Notes: generated by a model from the sequence alone, not told the origin. Positions 12,901-26,039 are shown, counted from the first letter of the whole stretch. The stretch is 63,496 bases of DNA, filler included, from Octopus bimaculoides (GCF_001194135.2; 5 parts of 5 records of this genome joined end to end with filler, not necessarily neighbours in it), one strand, 5' to 3'. Numbers and translations: made by a program.

Positions 12901-13172
12901 AGAAGACTATGTCTTAATGTAAGCCATCTCAGGAAACTGAAAGATTTTTCTCATATGGAGTATATATATATAAAATAGCTTCCCCTTAGACAGCATCATG
13001 TGCGTAAAAATGTAATCACTGCAATATTTCTATCCGAAAACAGCAAACCTGTGAGTAAAATTTAAAAATTTTGATTGCATTACATCCATATTTATACAAG
13101 ACCCCTTTCTATATGCACATTGCTGTTTTCTTCTCGATCGCTCGCTGATGCATCAATAATTATTGTTTTTGG

Positions 13173-13405
13173 CAAGTGGACCAGTGAAGAAAACAGGATA
13201 GTGATGTAGTGCTACTTAGAAAGTGAACCTAAAAGAAAGGGCTATAGAAAACGGATGTTAACACTTTGGGTAGAGAAGGGTATGTTTAAAGTGACTGAGC
13301 AGAGATTAATAGATCAAGCTAATGTTATTAGGAGAAGAAATTGGATGATAGAATTGGAGGTAGAATAGATCACAAGAGAACTGGAAAAGAAAGACCAGGC
13401 AGTAG
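13173..13405 (+). repeat. 233-bp copy of 14251-14483 (R4/Dong N-terminal fragment)
   Basis: No differences seen between the two copies, including both in-frame TAG stops. Confidence 0.95.
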
Positions 13406-13416
13406 AAAAAACAACG

Positions 13417-13782
13417 CTTACGACGTTGAGGGTTCCAGTTGATCCGATCAACGGAACAGCTTGCTCGTGAAATTAACGTGCAAGTGGCTGAGCACTCCAC
13501 AGACACGTGTACTCTTAACGTAGTTCTCGGGGATATTCAGCATGACACAGTGTGACAAGGCTGACCCTTTGAATTACAGGCACAACAGAAACAGGAAGTA
13601 AGAGTGAGAGAAAATTGTGGTGGAAGAGTACAGCAGGGTTCGCCACCATCCCTTGCCGCAGCCTTGTGGAGCTTTAGGTGTTTTCGCTCAATAAACACTC
13701 ACAACGCTCGGTCTGGGAATCGAAACCGCGATCCTATGACCGCGAGTCCGCTGCCCTAACCACTAGGCCATTGCGTCTCCAC
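13417..13782 (-). mobile_element. tRNA-derived SINE family B
   Basis: Head gtggagacgcaatggcctagtggttagg (A box) ... ggtttcgattcc (B box); second copy at 41354-41739. Confidence 0.92.
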
Positions 13783-14173
13783 CAATAATTATAACTACGA
13801 AAGAAACATCAGCCCATGTCCATGGGCGGTGTTCAGTTAAAAAAGTAAACGCTGTAAAAATGAACCCATAACAAAACTAACTAAAAGAGAAAGAACGGTG
13901 GACAGATAACCATAAATACTATGAAATAGTTGATTTATGATTCACACACACTACTATTCAGTACTCCTCCTCCAAAAACTTACAGGAATAAACTCATTCC
14001 GTAAATACCCAACAAAATGAACAAAGCTCTCAACATGTGCCATAGAAGGCCGATGCCCGACAGAAGAACACAACCCGCGCTACACAAACAACACAAAATA
14101 CAAAAACTAATACAACAGAAGACTCAAGCCAAACTCCATAACAAACATACTGATACCCGAACCCACCCCGCCC

Positions 14174-15160
14174 AGATGTCGAAAAATAATGATGGAGATG
14201 ACGTTGGCGGCGAACGTTACCTTACCTCAAATTATGAGAGACATGAGAGACAAGTGGACCAGTGAAGAAAACAGGATAGTGATGTAGTGCTACTTAGAAA
14301 GTGAACCTAAAAGAAAGGGCTATAGAAAACGGATGTTAACACTTTGGGTAGAGAAGGGTATGTTTAAAGTGACTGAGCAGAGATTAATAGATCAAGCTAA
14401 TGTTATTAGGAGAAGAAATTGGATGATAGAATTGGAGGTAGAATAGATCACAAGAGAACTGGAAAAGAAAGACCAGGCAGTAGGAAAAACAAATGACAAC
14501 ATAAGAGATACAGCTCAAACCAAAGAAGAATCTAAATGAACAAATAATAATAGAACTACCAATAAGGAAGAGACAACTGGCTCCAGCGACTTAGGGGATT
14601 TAAGTGATGAAGATCAGAAGATTTTAGTTGAGTTGCAGGAAGTAATGAGTAAAGAAGTAAGAAAAAAGATTGCCAGCATTAAAAGGTACCAACAGAAGGT
14701 AGCTGTTAGATATGACTAGGAAAGTAGATTCTGTTATCAGAAGGATAGATACTAAAAATATAAGAGACACTAACTTATTGATCCTTGTAGGAGGGGCAGT
14801 AGTCACTAGAAAATTAGATATCTCACTGGGAAAGATTAAAAAAGCAAATGTGTAAAAGGAGACTACAAAATAAAGTGAAGACTTTAAGACAAGATTTGAG
14901 AAGAATAAAAAGCCTGGAAACAGTACAAGTTAGGAAACACAAGATGCAAATCTTCCCTTGAGAAAAAAAATTTAGTCAAAGAGAAAAGATTCGGGCCAGT
15001 AATAGAAAAGTTGAAAGAGCGTATCATAGCAGTAGCAGGCAAGCTCCCCAGTGTTATTAGGGGCAGCTAGGATACTTTGGAGTGTTCTTGGCATCTAAGG
15101 TTACTTTTTATAGCCCGATTTTCTCTGTTCTAAAGGTCTAATCCGTTGTGTGTATATGAA

Positions 15161-15230
<70 letters not shown>
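14174..15230 (+). mobile_element. Internally deleted R4/Dong-like non-LTR element with (TAA)n tail
   Basis: N-terminus KWTSEENRIVM*CYLESEPKRKGYRKRMLTLW...EQRLIDQANVIRRRNW is joined near 15050 to a C-terminal LG(T)ARILWSVLGI* remnant, followed by a 3' UTR and (TAA)n at ~15151-15230. Confidence 0.8.
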
Positions 15231-15233
<3 letters not shown>

Positions 15234-15374
15234 TCTTTTATTGAGACCACAAGGGCCAATAATAATAATGATAATAATAACAAATATATATAAGGAAAAA
15301 GCGAAGTTGCTTACTGACATAACGATTATAGATAAGGAAAAAGCGAAGTTGCTTACTCATCGATCTATCATGCC

Positions 15375-16285
15375 AGTTTGATTTCAGGATCGTAAAGAAA
15401 AAAGAAGCCCTTTGCATACATTTTTGAATGCATGCCAGGCCGCTAGCTCAGTTTCATCCATTGAAGCCTCGATGTCCTCATCAGCTATAAGTTGACGAAT
15501 CTGAGGGCCTACGAATAAGCCCTCTTTAATCTTGGCATCACTTATTTTAGGGAAGCTCGCCTTGAGCTACTGGAAATATGGCTTGTTATGTTGCAGTGCT
15601 TTGATAAATTGCTTCATTAGGCCTAGTTTTGTATGCAGTGGTGGCAAAATGATTTTCTCCTCCTTAACTAGTAGCTCATGGTTTACATTGTGGCATCCAG
15701 GTGTCATAATTTCCCGATGTGGCCATTCTGAGCGTACATAATGTTCTGATCTCGACCTACTGTTCCACTTGCAAAGGAAGCACATAAACTTGATGTATCC
15801 AGTTTGTAGCCCTTTAAGTCCACGCAAATTAACCATTCATGCTCCTTGTAACTTATGTGGTCTAGAATAAAAGCGAGGTTCTTATATGTATCTCTTAAAA
15901 TAACTGAGTAAGCAATTGGAACTGAAGGCATGATGCTCCCAATGTGCAACAGAACCGCTTTTATTCTGTAAAGGGATGCATGTATGAATAACCTCCACTC
16001 ATTTGGTTCATAGGTCAGCTCAAGGGCATTGAATAGGTCTCTGAAATCATTACAATAAGTCAAGTTGTTTATCAAAATGATGAATTGCTGTAGATTTGCA
16101 GAATACTTCCTAAATACTGTAATTCGAGCATCTTTATCCAACAGGTTCCATTGTTGCAGACGCGACGTCAGGACTTTACTCTATTGCTTAGTATGTGTTA
16201 GATCACGAACTAGATCATTGAGTTCAAATTGGGTGATGAGGTGTGGTTTCTTGTCAGATTTACCACAGATTTGGACCCATACAAC
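15375..16285 (-). pseudogene. CMC-superfamily (Chapaev3-like) transposase remnant
   Basis: PHLITQFELNDLVRDL, EWRLFIHASLYRIKAVLLHIG, GYIKFMCFLCKWNSR, ILPPLHTKLGLMKQFIKAL and AKIKEGLFVGPQIRQL occur in order across frameshifts and stops. Confidence 0.88.
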
Positions 16286-16539
16286 TATAAAAGTATTGAG
16301 TAACTTTTATAATTTTCAGAGGTTAGGTTGACAAATACATTAGGAACACTCCATTAAAATTATATCAAAATCTGTTCATAACTTTTAGAGTTGTCAGTTT
16401 CGGCCCAATTCTGTTTGCACTCAATTCCTACGGAACCATCAGTTTATTTAACGTAAGAGAGTAATTAACGAGATAATGAAGGGTCACAGAAAGAAATGGA
16501 TGTTATATTCATGATCTACACACAAAATACCCACAATAT

Positions 16540-16725
16540 GCAAAGATATAGACGAATGGCTGAAGGAGATTGAAATACAATGCCCGGTAGAGCTCCTACA
16601 GAAAGTTTGTCTCCTGAAAGATTGCTGAAAACTTGTGGAGATCTAAGGTTACAGGTAGTAACTCGCTACCTACATAAATCCTACCGGCAATAAGACCAAA
16701 CCTGAACCAAACCAAATAATAATAA
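16540..16725 (+). mobile_element. 3' end of another R4/Dong-like LINE
   Basis: DEWLKEIEIQCPVELLQKVCLL...*, then a short UTR and a TAA tail. Confidence 0.7.
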
Positions 16726-16727
16726 AC

Positions 16728-16941
16728 TTTGTAATATAGGCAGAAAGGTTGAAAGTTTGAGGTAGGGGACTAATTGATTACATCGATTCCAGTACTCAGC
16801 TGATACTTATTTCATCGACCCCGAAAGGATGAAAAAGCGGAGTCGAGCTCGGTAGAATTTGGATTAAGAATGTAACGCCGGAAGAAATGCCGCACGGCAT
16901 TCTGTTCGTTGTGCTAACGATTCTGCTAACTCGCCGTCTTA
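16728..16941 (-). mobile_element. SINE family A (diverged)
   Basis: atcgaccccgaaaggatgaa...gtgctaacgattctgctaactcgccgtctt. Confidence 0.85.
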
Positions 16942-18199
16942 ACAACAAGAACGACGACGACGACGACGACGACGACGATAAGAACAATAAATATATAAAT
17001 GATTGTATGTGATTGAATTTTATCTATGCGATTATGGTGGCAGTGGCGTTAAGGAGTAAATGACATTAAGTGAAGGTCAACCATATTCATAATACGAAAA
17101 GAGCAAAAGAGAAAGAAAGAAAAGACACCAAAACTAGAAAGGGAAGGAAAGTAAAAGAGTAAAAATGAGAGAAAGGAAGGAGCAGTACAGCGTTAAGTCT
17201 TAACTTTCTCAACATATTATAGTGTTCAGTTGGCTCAGAGTAAAAACATATAGACTACATTTTGTAATGCACGTAATACTGCACAATAGGATGAAAAGAG
17301 GAAAGAAGAAGGAGAGGAAAAGCAGAAAGAACAAAAAGTAAAGATCATACAAAAAAAAAAAAGAAGAAAATGAACTCATAAATGATAGAAAGAGATTAAA
17401 TCAGTAAAAGAGAAAGGAAAGGAAGTAAAGAAATGCGGAAAGGTAAGAAAGAGAATGAAAATAAAGTAATTGAAAAAAAATAATATAGAAAATATCATTA
17501 AAATTTAACTTTCTGAAAATCTTATGGCGGAATTTAAATCTTATGGCGGAATTTAAAATCGTGCACTGTGCAAACAAGTACAAAGTAATGCCGATCTTGT
17601 ATTCAAACAATTTTTGGATCGGAATGTTAATATTTTTCTACTAAACGAAGGTGACAACTAAATACATTTCTGCTCTCCCTTATTTCAATTTCGCTTGAAT
17701 TCACTAAGACTCATAGACATTAAAAAGAAATTCTTTTAAAAGTGCCATAATTTTGCAAAAATCTTGCCAGTTATTTCCACTCTGTTAATGTCAGTCGTTA
17801 GTATAATAATAATAATAATAATAATAATTCTACTATCACACATATTTATAATTGTATGATCTCTACTAGTTGCCATTCAGAGGGGTCTCTCTCATCAGTT
17901 CTTTAGCATATTGGCTCAAGATAAAGCTGAAGGAATGCTTCTAAACAAAAATTTTATGTTAGAGCAACAATGAAATAATTCAAGAAAAGATTACTCGCTT
18001 AGACGCTCGCCTTTCTAGATATATTTGGAGACTAAGACAAATGGTTGATGATACTTTTAAATAATTTTATTCCACTCTTGCTCCAAAGTCAATTACAAGC
18101 TTGATAATAACGAAAATAAACACGCACGAATTCAATTATATCGTATTATACCCTCCTATAAGGAGGACAACTAACTCTTCAGTATAATTTTTGAAGTAG

Positions 18200-18520
18200 T
18201 CAAGTTTGTATATTAAGGTGTGGTCTGTACTTTTGTATGAACAGGTTTTCCTTGTTTAAGCTTTCTTGTAAGGAGATTGAATCTTTGCACTGGTATAATA
18301 GAAAGATATGGAAATTCGGCGTTTTATTTCTTGCGCATCTGTCGATATGTTCGCTCAGGGCTCTCTTTTTGTGTTGAGGAAAACGAATCTGTTCTTTGTG
18401 CAGGGTGGCTCTGCGTCTCAAAGTGAGGCTCGTTTGGCCCATATAATTGTGGCCACACCCTGAGCAGGTTAGGACATGAAACTATGTGAAACGAAGGCAT
18501 TTCTCTTCCATTTTTTATAT
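18200..18520 (-). pseudogene. Penelope-like element GIY-YIG endonuclease remnant
   Basis: CSGCGHNYMGQTSLTLRRRATLHKEQIR...LSEHIDRCA...KENLFIQKYRPHLN matches the PLE CxxC...YIGQT...H...E..FI..P.LN pattern. Confidence 0.88.
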
Positions 18521-20253
18521 ATGTTTTCCACATATTTTCAACTCTTAATTTTGCCACGTGGTGTATTCTGAATCTCCAGTATTTTTGCTTCTTTTATATA
18601 TTTTAATATTTAAAAAAAAATATATGTATATGTGTGTGTATGTATGTATGTATGTNNNNNNNNNNNNNNNNNNNNNNNNNNNNNNNNNNNNNNNNNNNNN
18701 NNNNNNNNNNNNNNNNNNNNNNNNNNNNNNNNNNNNNNNNNNNNNNNNNNNNNNNNNNNNNNNNNNNNNNNNNNNNNNNNNNNNNNNNNNNNNNNNNNNN
18801 NNNNNNNNNNNNNNNNNNNNNNNNNNNNNNNNNNNNNNNNNNNNNNNNNNNNNNNNNNNNNNNNNNNNNNNNNNNNNNNNNNNNNNNNNNNNNNNNNNNN
18901 NNNNNNNNNNNNNNNNNNNNNNNNNNNNNNNNNNNNNNNNNNNNNNNNNNNNNNNNNNNNNNNNNNNNNNNNNNNNNNNNNNNNNNNNNNNNNNNNNNNN
19001 NNNNNNNNNNNNNNNNNNNNNNNNNNNNNNNNNNNNNNNNNNNNNNNNNNNNNNNNNNNNNNNNNNNNNNNNNNNNNNNNNNNNNNNNNNNNNNNNNNNN
19101 NNNNNNNNNNNNNNNNNNNNNNNNNNNNNNNNNNNNNNNNNNNNNNNNNNNNNNNNNNNNNNNNNNNNNNNNNNNNNNNNNNNNNNNNNNNNNNNNNNNN
19201 NNNNNNNNNNNNNNNNNNNNNNNNNNNNNNNNNNNNNNNNNNNNNNNNNNNNNNNNNNNNNNNNNNNNNNNNNNNNNNNNNNNNNNNNNNNNNNNNNNNN
19301 NNNNNNNNNNNNNNNNNNNNNNNNNNNNNNNNNNNNNNNNNNNNNNNNNNNNNNNNNNNNNNNNNNNNNNNNNNNNNNNNNNNNNNNNNNNNNNNNNNNN
19401 NNNNNNNNNNNNNNNNNNNNNNNNNNNNNNNNNNNNNNNNNNNNNNNNNNNNNNNNNNNNNNNNNNNNNNNNNNNNNNNNNNNNNNNNNNNNNNNNNNNN
19501 NNNNNNNNNNNNNNNNNNNNNNNNNNNNNNNNNNNNNNNNNNNNNNNNNNNNNNNNNNNNNNNNNNNNNNNATATATACATATATATATACAAAGAGAAT
19601 ACGAAATATGTTATATAATCTACGTACATATCAATTTATATTGCGTTATATATGCGTATGCATACACACACACACATATGAATATATATACACACATACA
19701 TATACGCACATACATCCACCCACATATACATGTTACACAACCTACCTGTGCAACAAAGAAAGAATACCATTAGACAAAATGGACAATTCAACATTAAATT
19801 GGTTAACAGACTTTCCAGGCTGCAGTTTAAGTAAACATGTATTAATGAAAGGCTGCACTGCAATCATGGACGCACACAATGGAAGTATATATGGATGAAA
19901 GTATATATGCATATATATATATACATACGTGTATATATNNNNNNNNNNTATATATATATATATATATATACATATATATATTGTGTATATGTGTTTAAAG
20001 AGTATTATGCGCATATGTAAATATATATGTATTCTTGTATACGCATAAATATATACGCAGGCATATGTGTGTGCATGCGCATGTATGCACACACATATGC
20101 ATAAAGATAACTATGGGTATGCATGTATGTTTTCAAATCTATATATGCGGGTAGATGTAGCTGAAGGCTTGTGTACGTATATATGGATCTATGTAGGTGT
20201 TCATTAGTGTGTATGTATACGTGAATGTCCTTACATGTTTATATATGAATGTG

Positions 20254-20305
<52 letters not shown>

Positions 20306-20416
20306 TGTCTGTGTATGTTTACATGTGCCTATATCTTTATCATTATACATGTGTGCATGCATGTTAGTTTCTATGTATATGCATATGTGTCTTACAACGC
20401 ACATTGATGTGTCTCT

Positions 20417-20450
<34 letters not shown>

Positions 20451-20759
20451 GGGCTGTGATATTTGCATGTGTATATGTGTGCCTATGTGAATGTTACCGT
20501 ACAGATTAATAGAATCCCAGCCCGTAATTACTGACCCAGTTATTATCAATCGATAATAAAACAATAACCAATCAATAGACACACAGTAACTAACAAGAAC
20601 AACAAAACAAACGAAGACACCTATGACGACTACTTTGATGACTTAATTTGCCACTTAGAAGTAATTATCAAAGTTATTCTCTTACTGTTCCAGAAAGCCA
20701 GCCAAGTCTTTTTTCTTCTCTTAAGAACATAACGTAAAACACTAACTCCGTAGTAAAAG

Positions 20760-21421
20760 AAATTGTTTCTATCAACTTCAGCCATTTTCTATTACAATAT
20801 TATTACCTTATTTTGCTGTTATTTTCTTTTTTTTTATTATCATAAGTTTTTTTTTCTTAATCTCTTTCGTCTTTTTCTGTGTCTGTCTTTCCCTGTTACT
20901 CTATTGCCGTATTTCCCTGTTGTTATGTATTTTCTCTCTTTCCTCTTATTATTCAACTATCTTGTATTTCACATGCTTGGACTTTCTGTATCGTTCTCAT
21001 GTCGCCTTTCCGTCTTTTCATGTTGCTCTCTTGTTTTCCCTATCATAAACTACTATTTTCTTTTAAGTTCTGTTGTCATCTCTCACTAATTCTGTCTTAT
21101 ATTTTTGTTCTCTATTTCTCTTATAATTTTTGCTCTCTTCTTATCTTTCAGTCTACATCTCTTTCCCTCTTTCGTTCTGCCTTGCCTTCTTTGGGTCTTT
21201 CTTTACTGTGTTGCTTTTGCGTTTTGCCATCTCACTTTCGTTTTTTTTTCTTTTATTCTCTCGTCTCCTTCTCGTTTCCCTCTCATCTTCGAGCTATTTG
21301 TCTGTCTTTCGTTTTTTACAATTCTTGCTGAAATGTTCTTTTGCTCTCCAGCTATCTTTCTCAGTTGTCATCTTATTTTCATGCTACCTTCCTATCTTTT
21401 ACTTAGCTGCCTGGTTATCAT

Positions 21422-21477
<56 letters not shown>

Positions 21478-22010
21478 TCAAATCTTATCATCGTTTTCCT
21501 ATTTCTTTTTCTCACTTGTTCTCGAACCCTCTCTCTAAACGCATCTCACTTTCTCTAATTTCATCTTGTCTTTCTTGTCTTTTGATGGCTGTTATATGGA
21601 AAGTTACTTGTAAAGTAGACGCTAGCGTAACTGTAGCAAGCCTAGACAATCTAAATAATTAAAGTAGGCCACAGTCACTATTTAAATGATTAATGCTGGT
21701 CAAAAAAGGCAGGGAAAACACCTCCAAATTAGTGTTTTCCTATCTAGCTTTCTCGTTTACCCGCTCGCTTTTTCACTTGTTTTGTTGCCACGATTCTTTT
21801 TGCTGTTTTGCTTGTCTTCTGTTTTACTCACACGCTGTTTTGTCTCAAGCTGTTTGTCCCCCGTTATTTCTTCCTCTTTTGATTTCTTCTCCCCAAACTG
21901 ACAGTTAATCTTAATACCTTTCTACCGCACTTACGCCCCTCCCTCTCTCTCGATATACTTCTCTATTTCTGAATGGCTATCTTATTATCTTCTGACCCTC
22001 TTTATATCAT
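20760..22010. repeat. Pyrimidine-rich low-complexity tract including (CT)n
   Basis: Strong T/C strand bias; (CT)n at ~21424-21478. Confidence 0.85.
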
Positions 22011-22084
22011 CTTCCTGCAAACCGCTAAACAGAAAACAAAAGGACGAAAGGAAAAAGCTCCTTCTCGAATCATATAGACTCATA

Positions 22085-22302
22085 AGGGCCGGTTTCCCGA
22101 TTTTTGTGGCCTATATGTTTCCCTCCTGGACGGAACGCTTGTCGATCGCAGGAATACTCATTTTCGCCAGCTGAGTGGACTGGAGCAATAAGAAATGAAG
22201 TGTTTTGCTGAAGAACACATTGTATCGCCCAATACAGGAATCAAAACCGTAATCGTACGATCATGAGTCCAACACCATAACCACTAAGCCACGCACCTCC
22301 AC
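22085..22302 (-). mobile_element. tRNA-derived CORE-like SINE
   Basis: Minus-strand head gtggaggtgcgtggcttagtggtt, followed by a CORE-like gtgttcttcagcaaaacactt...ttgctccagtccactcagctg; related copy at 51552-51812. Confidence 0.8.
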
Positions 22303-22357
22303 AGAGAATACCAAGAGGGAAACCAAAATTGAAATAGATACACAGTGCAAGTTCTTT

Positions 22358-22480
22358 CGGTGGTGTTTGTGACCGAGTAGTATACATTACAGTTAAGGAC
22401 CCAAAGGATCCTGGTTCAATCCCCACAAAAGGTAGCATTTCAAAACCAGCAAGAATCATGACCTAAGTGAACCCGGATCC
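22358..22480 (+). mobile_element. Degenerate tRNA-headed SINE
   Basis: A-box-like tgaccgagtagt and B-box-like ggttcaatcc; no closed cloverleaf. Confidence 0.45.
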
Positions 22481-23274
22481 CTTAGAGTGTCAGGAACTAA
22501 CGGGCCAAAACACTTACTAGCCGGGAGTTCTTCCTCTGAAGATTTCTCCTGCTGTCCGCTCACCCTGTAGCGAGTTTCCAGTTACTTCTTCTCACACTAT
22601 CACCTTTAATATCTTCCATTCGTGCAGACCATCTCTTTTTATATCTTCCTCTCATACTAAATTTCTTTCTCGATGGCTTCTTATATTTTCACTCTCCTTT
22701 ATTATATTTTACTCTTGTTCTTTTGTTCGTGTTCTTTCATTTATTCTCTCTCTAATAACATTCACTTTTTACTTTTCCGTTTTCGATTTACCTTTTTCCT
22801 TATTCTTGTATTTTTTTCTTTCGCGCTTTCTTGCTTCCATGTTTTCGATATTTTTCTGAATTTCTGCATTTCTTTCTGTCTTATATTTTCTTTCCTATTC
22901 TTTCTTTCTTTATTTTCTTTCCTTATTTTTTTTTGAAGATTTGTAAAAGAGAGCAAAAAAAAAAGGAAAAAACGAAACTTTTTTCTTCCAAATATCTGCC
23001 AACGGCAAGTGTGAGACTAGTAATTTAATTACTTCCAATTGTTCATTGACCAATCGATTGAACTCACTCTTTTCCCTACCCCATTTCTCTCCATTTCTTA
23101 TAACTATTCTTTAAAAAAATTAACAGTGACTTCNNNNNNNNNNNNNNNNNNNNNNNNNNNNNNNNNNNNNNNNNNNNTTAATTAATTAANNNNNNNNNNN
23201 NNNNNNNNNNNNNNNNNNNNNNNNNNNNNNNNNTATATATATATATATATGTATATATATAATTCAAATAAAAA

Positions 23275-23497
23275 TACAAAGGAAGATTTTAACACATCTT
23301 TAATGATCAGTTACAATTATCTCTGTACCAACTTTGCTTTCAACGCCAGTTCACGTAAAAGTTCCAACTGAAAACTTACGTAACATTTGCGATTTTAAGC
23401 ACACTTCGACCTTTTGCGTTAACTGGCATTGAAAGCAAAGTTGGTACCGAGATTAAGTGTAACTGATCGTTAAAAATATATTAAAGTCTTTCTTTAA
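23275..23497. mobile_element. Palindromic (hairpin) MITE
   Basis: Arms 23289-23361 and 23411-23484 are reverse complements with few mismatches, around a ~49-nt spacer. Confidence 0.9.
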
Positions 23498-24118
23498 CTT
23501 TTCCTTTAGATTATATTTTTACTCTTCACGAAACGCACATAACCATTTTACCGCTGTGAAGCCGTACAATACTGGTAATTCTAAATGTGATCTTTGCTTT
23601 GAGGATATGTATTATATAATTAATTCTAAATTAATACTATTAAATTATAAAGGTAATTTTACATTGAAATGTTCTCACAAATATAGAAAAGCATTTAAAT
23701 ATTTCAATTTTCTATAACCCATGCATTATAATTGCTTTTCATATAATATAATACGCATAATTTTTCTAAAACGTATTTAGCACATTTAATAAGTTGATAA
23801 CTAATCGTCGTGACATTGAATTTCTATGTTTCTAATTGTCGGAAGGTACAATTCCTATGTTTATTCTCATATTTTCATTATCCACTGACGTCATCAAAAG
23901 TTAAGTACTAAAATGGCTTTTCTGTTACATTTCTTCTTAACGTTCTTTTTGTATGTGTTCGTCTCCTAGAGGTATTTTCTAAGATCTCATTGAATTTAAC
24001 CAATTTTGGACATCTTTGATAACGTTGTATTAACATATATTTTCGGATATATTAATTTGACTGATATCTTTTGTATCTAAATATGTTGACACAACAAAAA
24101 CGATCGTCGGTGTTACGC

Positions 24119-24721
24119 TAGTTTGGGATTTATAAAGGGTCCTATTATTTTACCGGTATTTTGAAAAGACATAAAGGCCTACATAAAGACAAAAAATGTT
24201 GTTCTACCGGTATTTTGAAAAGACATAAAGGCCTACATTAAGACAAAAAAAATGTTTCCTAAAATTTCCTATTGAGAAGTGGTTGTTTAGCCGTAAATAT
24301 AGCTAGGTGTTCTGATAAACAAAGATCGCAGCGTCTATTAGCGGTGTTTACGAAGTTGTTTTTGCGAGTATACGCCAGTTTAATCTATAATCTTTTTTTT
24401 TTATCCTTAAGTTCCCAAATATATGTACTGAGCCCTGTTGAGTTGGCCTTACTCCTATTTCTGAAGCTCGATTGGTGAGCGTTATATCCAAGAATCATTT
24501 GGTTTTTAGTGGCGCCCATGTATGATTTCGTCTGGCTATTTCTGTGCACGTTACATTGGTAAATTACGTTATTTGTCTTGCATCTATTTGAGAAATGGCT
24601 CTAAACAACCCCTTCGAAATAGGAAATTTGAGAACAATTTTTTTTTGTTGTCTTTATGTAGGCATTTATGTCTTTTCAAATTACCAGTAAAATAATAGGA
24701 CACTTTATAATTCCCAAACTA
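24119..24721. mobile_element. Foldback/MITE with long TIRs; the left arm has a 54-bp tandem duplication
   Basis: tagtttgggatttataaagggtcctattattttacc...aatttcctatt mirrors 24618-24721; a 54-bp unit starts at 24151 and again at 24205. Confidence 0.88.
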
Positions 24722-25099
24722 ACATATTCATCTATATAAGTCTAATTAGCCGGGAACCACCTTAAACACTTACAAAAGAATTCCTAGAACAGTTTGATAC
24801 ACGGAACGTGAAACCTTAAATGACAACCTGTATTTAAAATTTTAAGTTATAGCCTGCATTGAAATAGGAGCTTACAACTGATGAAGGTCAAAAATACAAA
24901 CCTACATATTTTGAAAGCAAATGACTAAATAATCTGTTCATGAAATATTCTAAATCTGTCCGCCATAGTTTGTACATAATAAAACAGAATCATTATTGTA
25001 AAAGATATCCCATTAGATAGATGTACGAGCTGAAAATGAAAAATATTTATCAGCTGTACAAGCTGGAAGCTCCTGGAAGTCTATACGGAGAAGAATTGA

Positions 25100-25382
25100 C
25101 AAGTTAAATGACAAGGAAATTGAATGGAAGGAAAAACTTGAGAAAGACTACTGCAAACTGTGTGTGAAAGGATGGTGAATAGATTACATCCTTCCAACAT
25201 CAGTCACCTACGCAAATGAGGGAGTCTCTATGTGATCGTTCAATTTGTTAGAATTAGCAGTCAAGTCTTCTCGAAATCATGGTCGTCTGTCTATGCTTGA
25301 TCCAGGACTGCAGCTCAGTTAAAGAGATGAACTACCGAAAAGTGAGTCTGACAAACTGTGACCACACCTGCTAATCGTCAAA
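25100..25382 (+). pseudogene. Decayed ORF fragment, probably DNA-transposon derived; paralog of 26040-26474
   Basis: MLDPGLQLS*RDELPKSESDKL*PHLLIVK aligns codon for codon with MLDPVLYLSQRDELQEREASKLQPHLIIVK. Confidence 0.5.
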
Positions 25383-26039
25383 TTATACTGATATATAGAG
25401 CAATGTAGACTAATAATATACACTATATCTGAATAAAACAGAATTATCATGAATGGAATATCTTTCATCATAGCTCTGCATGATCGGGTTAGATCTAAGG
25501 TAAACAATAAGGACTATGCATAATAAGCGCCATAGCATCTTAAGAAGATTTTAAACAAAGTATCAAACAGAAAGTCGCGAAACCCATGCCTTATAACAGG
25601 ATATTGATATGTCACCTAAAACCATAATTACCAGATTATTTTGCCCCCATCCACTTTTTGATTCCTGCCAATTGCAAAACTTACCTCGGCTAAACATTAC
25701 TACATTGTAACCTTCTAGAACGTCAGGTATATAATATGCACTGGGTGTCGTAATCTGTATCTGCAGGACCATTGCTCCCGAGCAGATTAAGAAAAATAAG
25801 GAAATAAATTGTTGTATAAAACAGCTGCTTGATAACTAAATTCTATAAGAAACAGTCACACAATGCTACATCTCGGTTTCAATGTAGCCACATTGTTCTT
25901 CAGGACAACTACTAATTGAAATTGAGCACTAAAGTTCATCTGCCCTTCAGGTGCGAACTATTTTTTTCTTTATAAAATCAACGAATAGGTGAATATTAAA
26001 GATAACTATTTCAGAATCCACAACTACTGTACGTTGGTT

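Noticed and set aside
13700-13782. tRNA-like A/B boxes (also 22240-22302, 41660-41739, 63310-63390)
   Set aside because: They are heads of SINEs with attached bodies and do not form a complete cloverleaf.
23178-23189. TTAATTAATTAA between two N runs, recurring at ~31693, ~40460 and ~61877
   Set aside because: An identical 12-mer always embedded in fixed N padding is a scaffolding marker, not biology.
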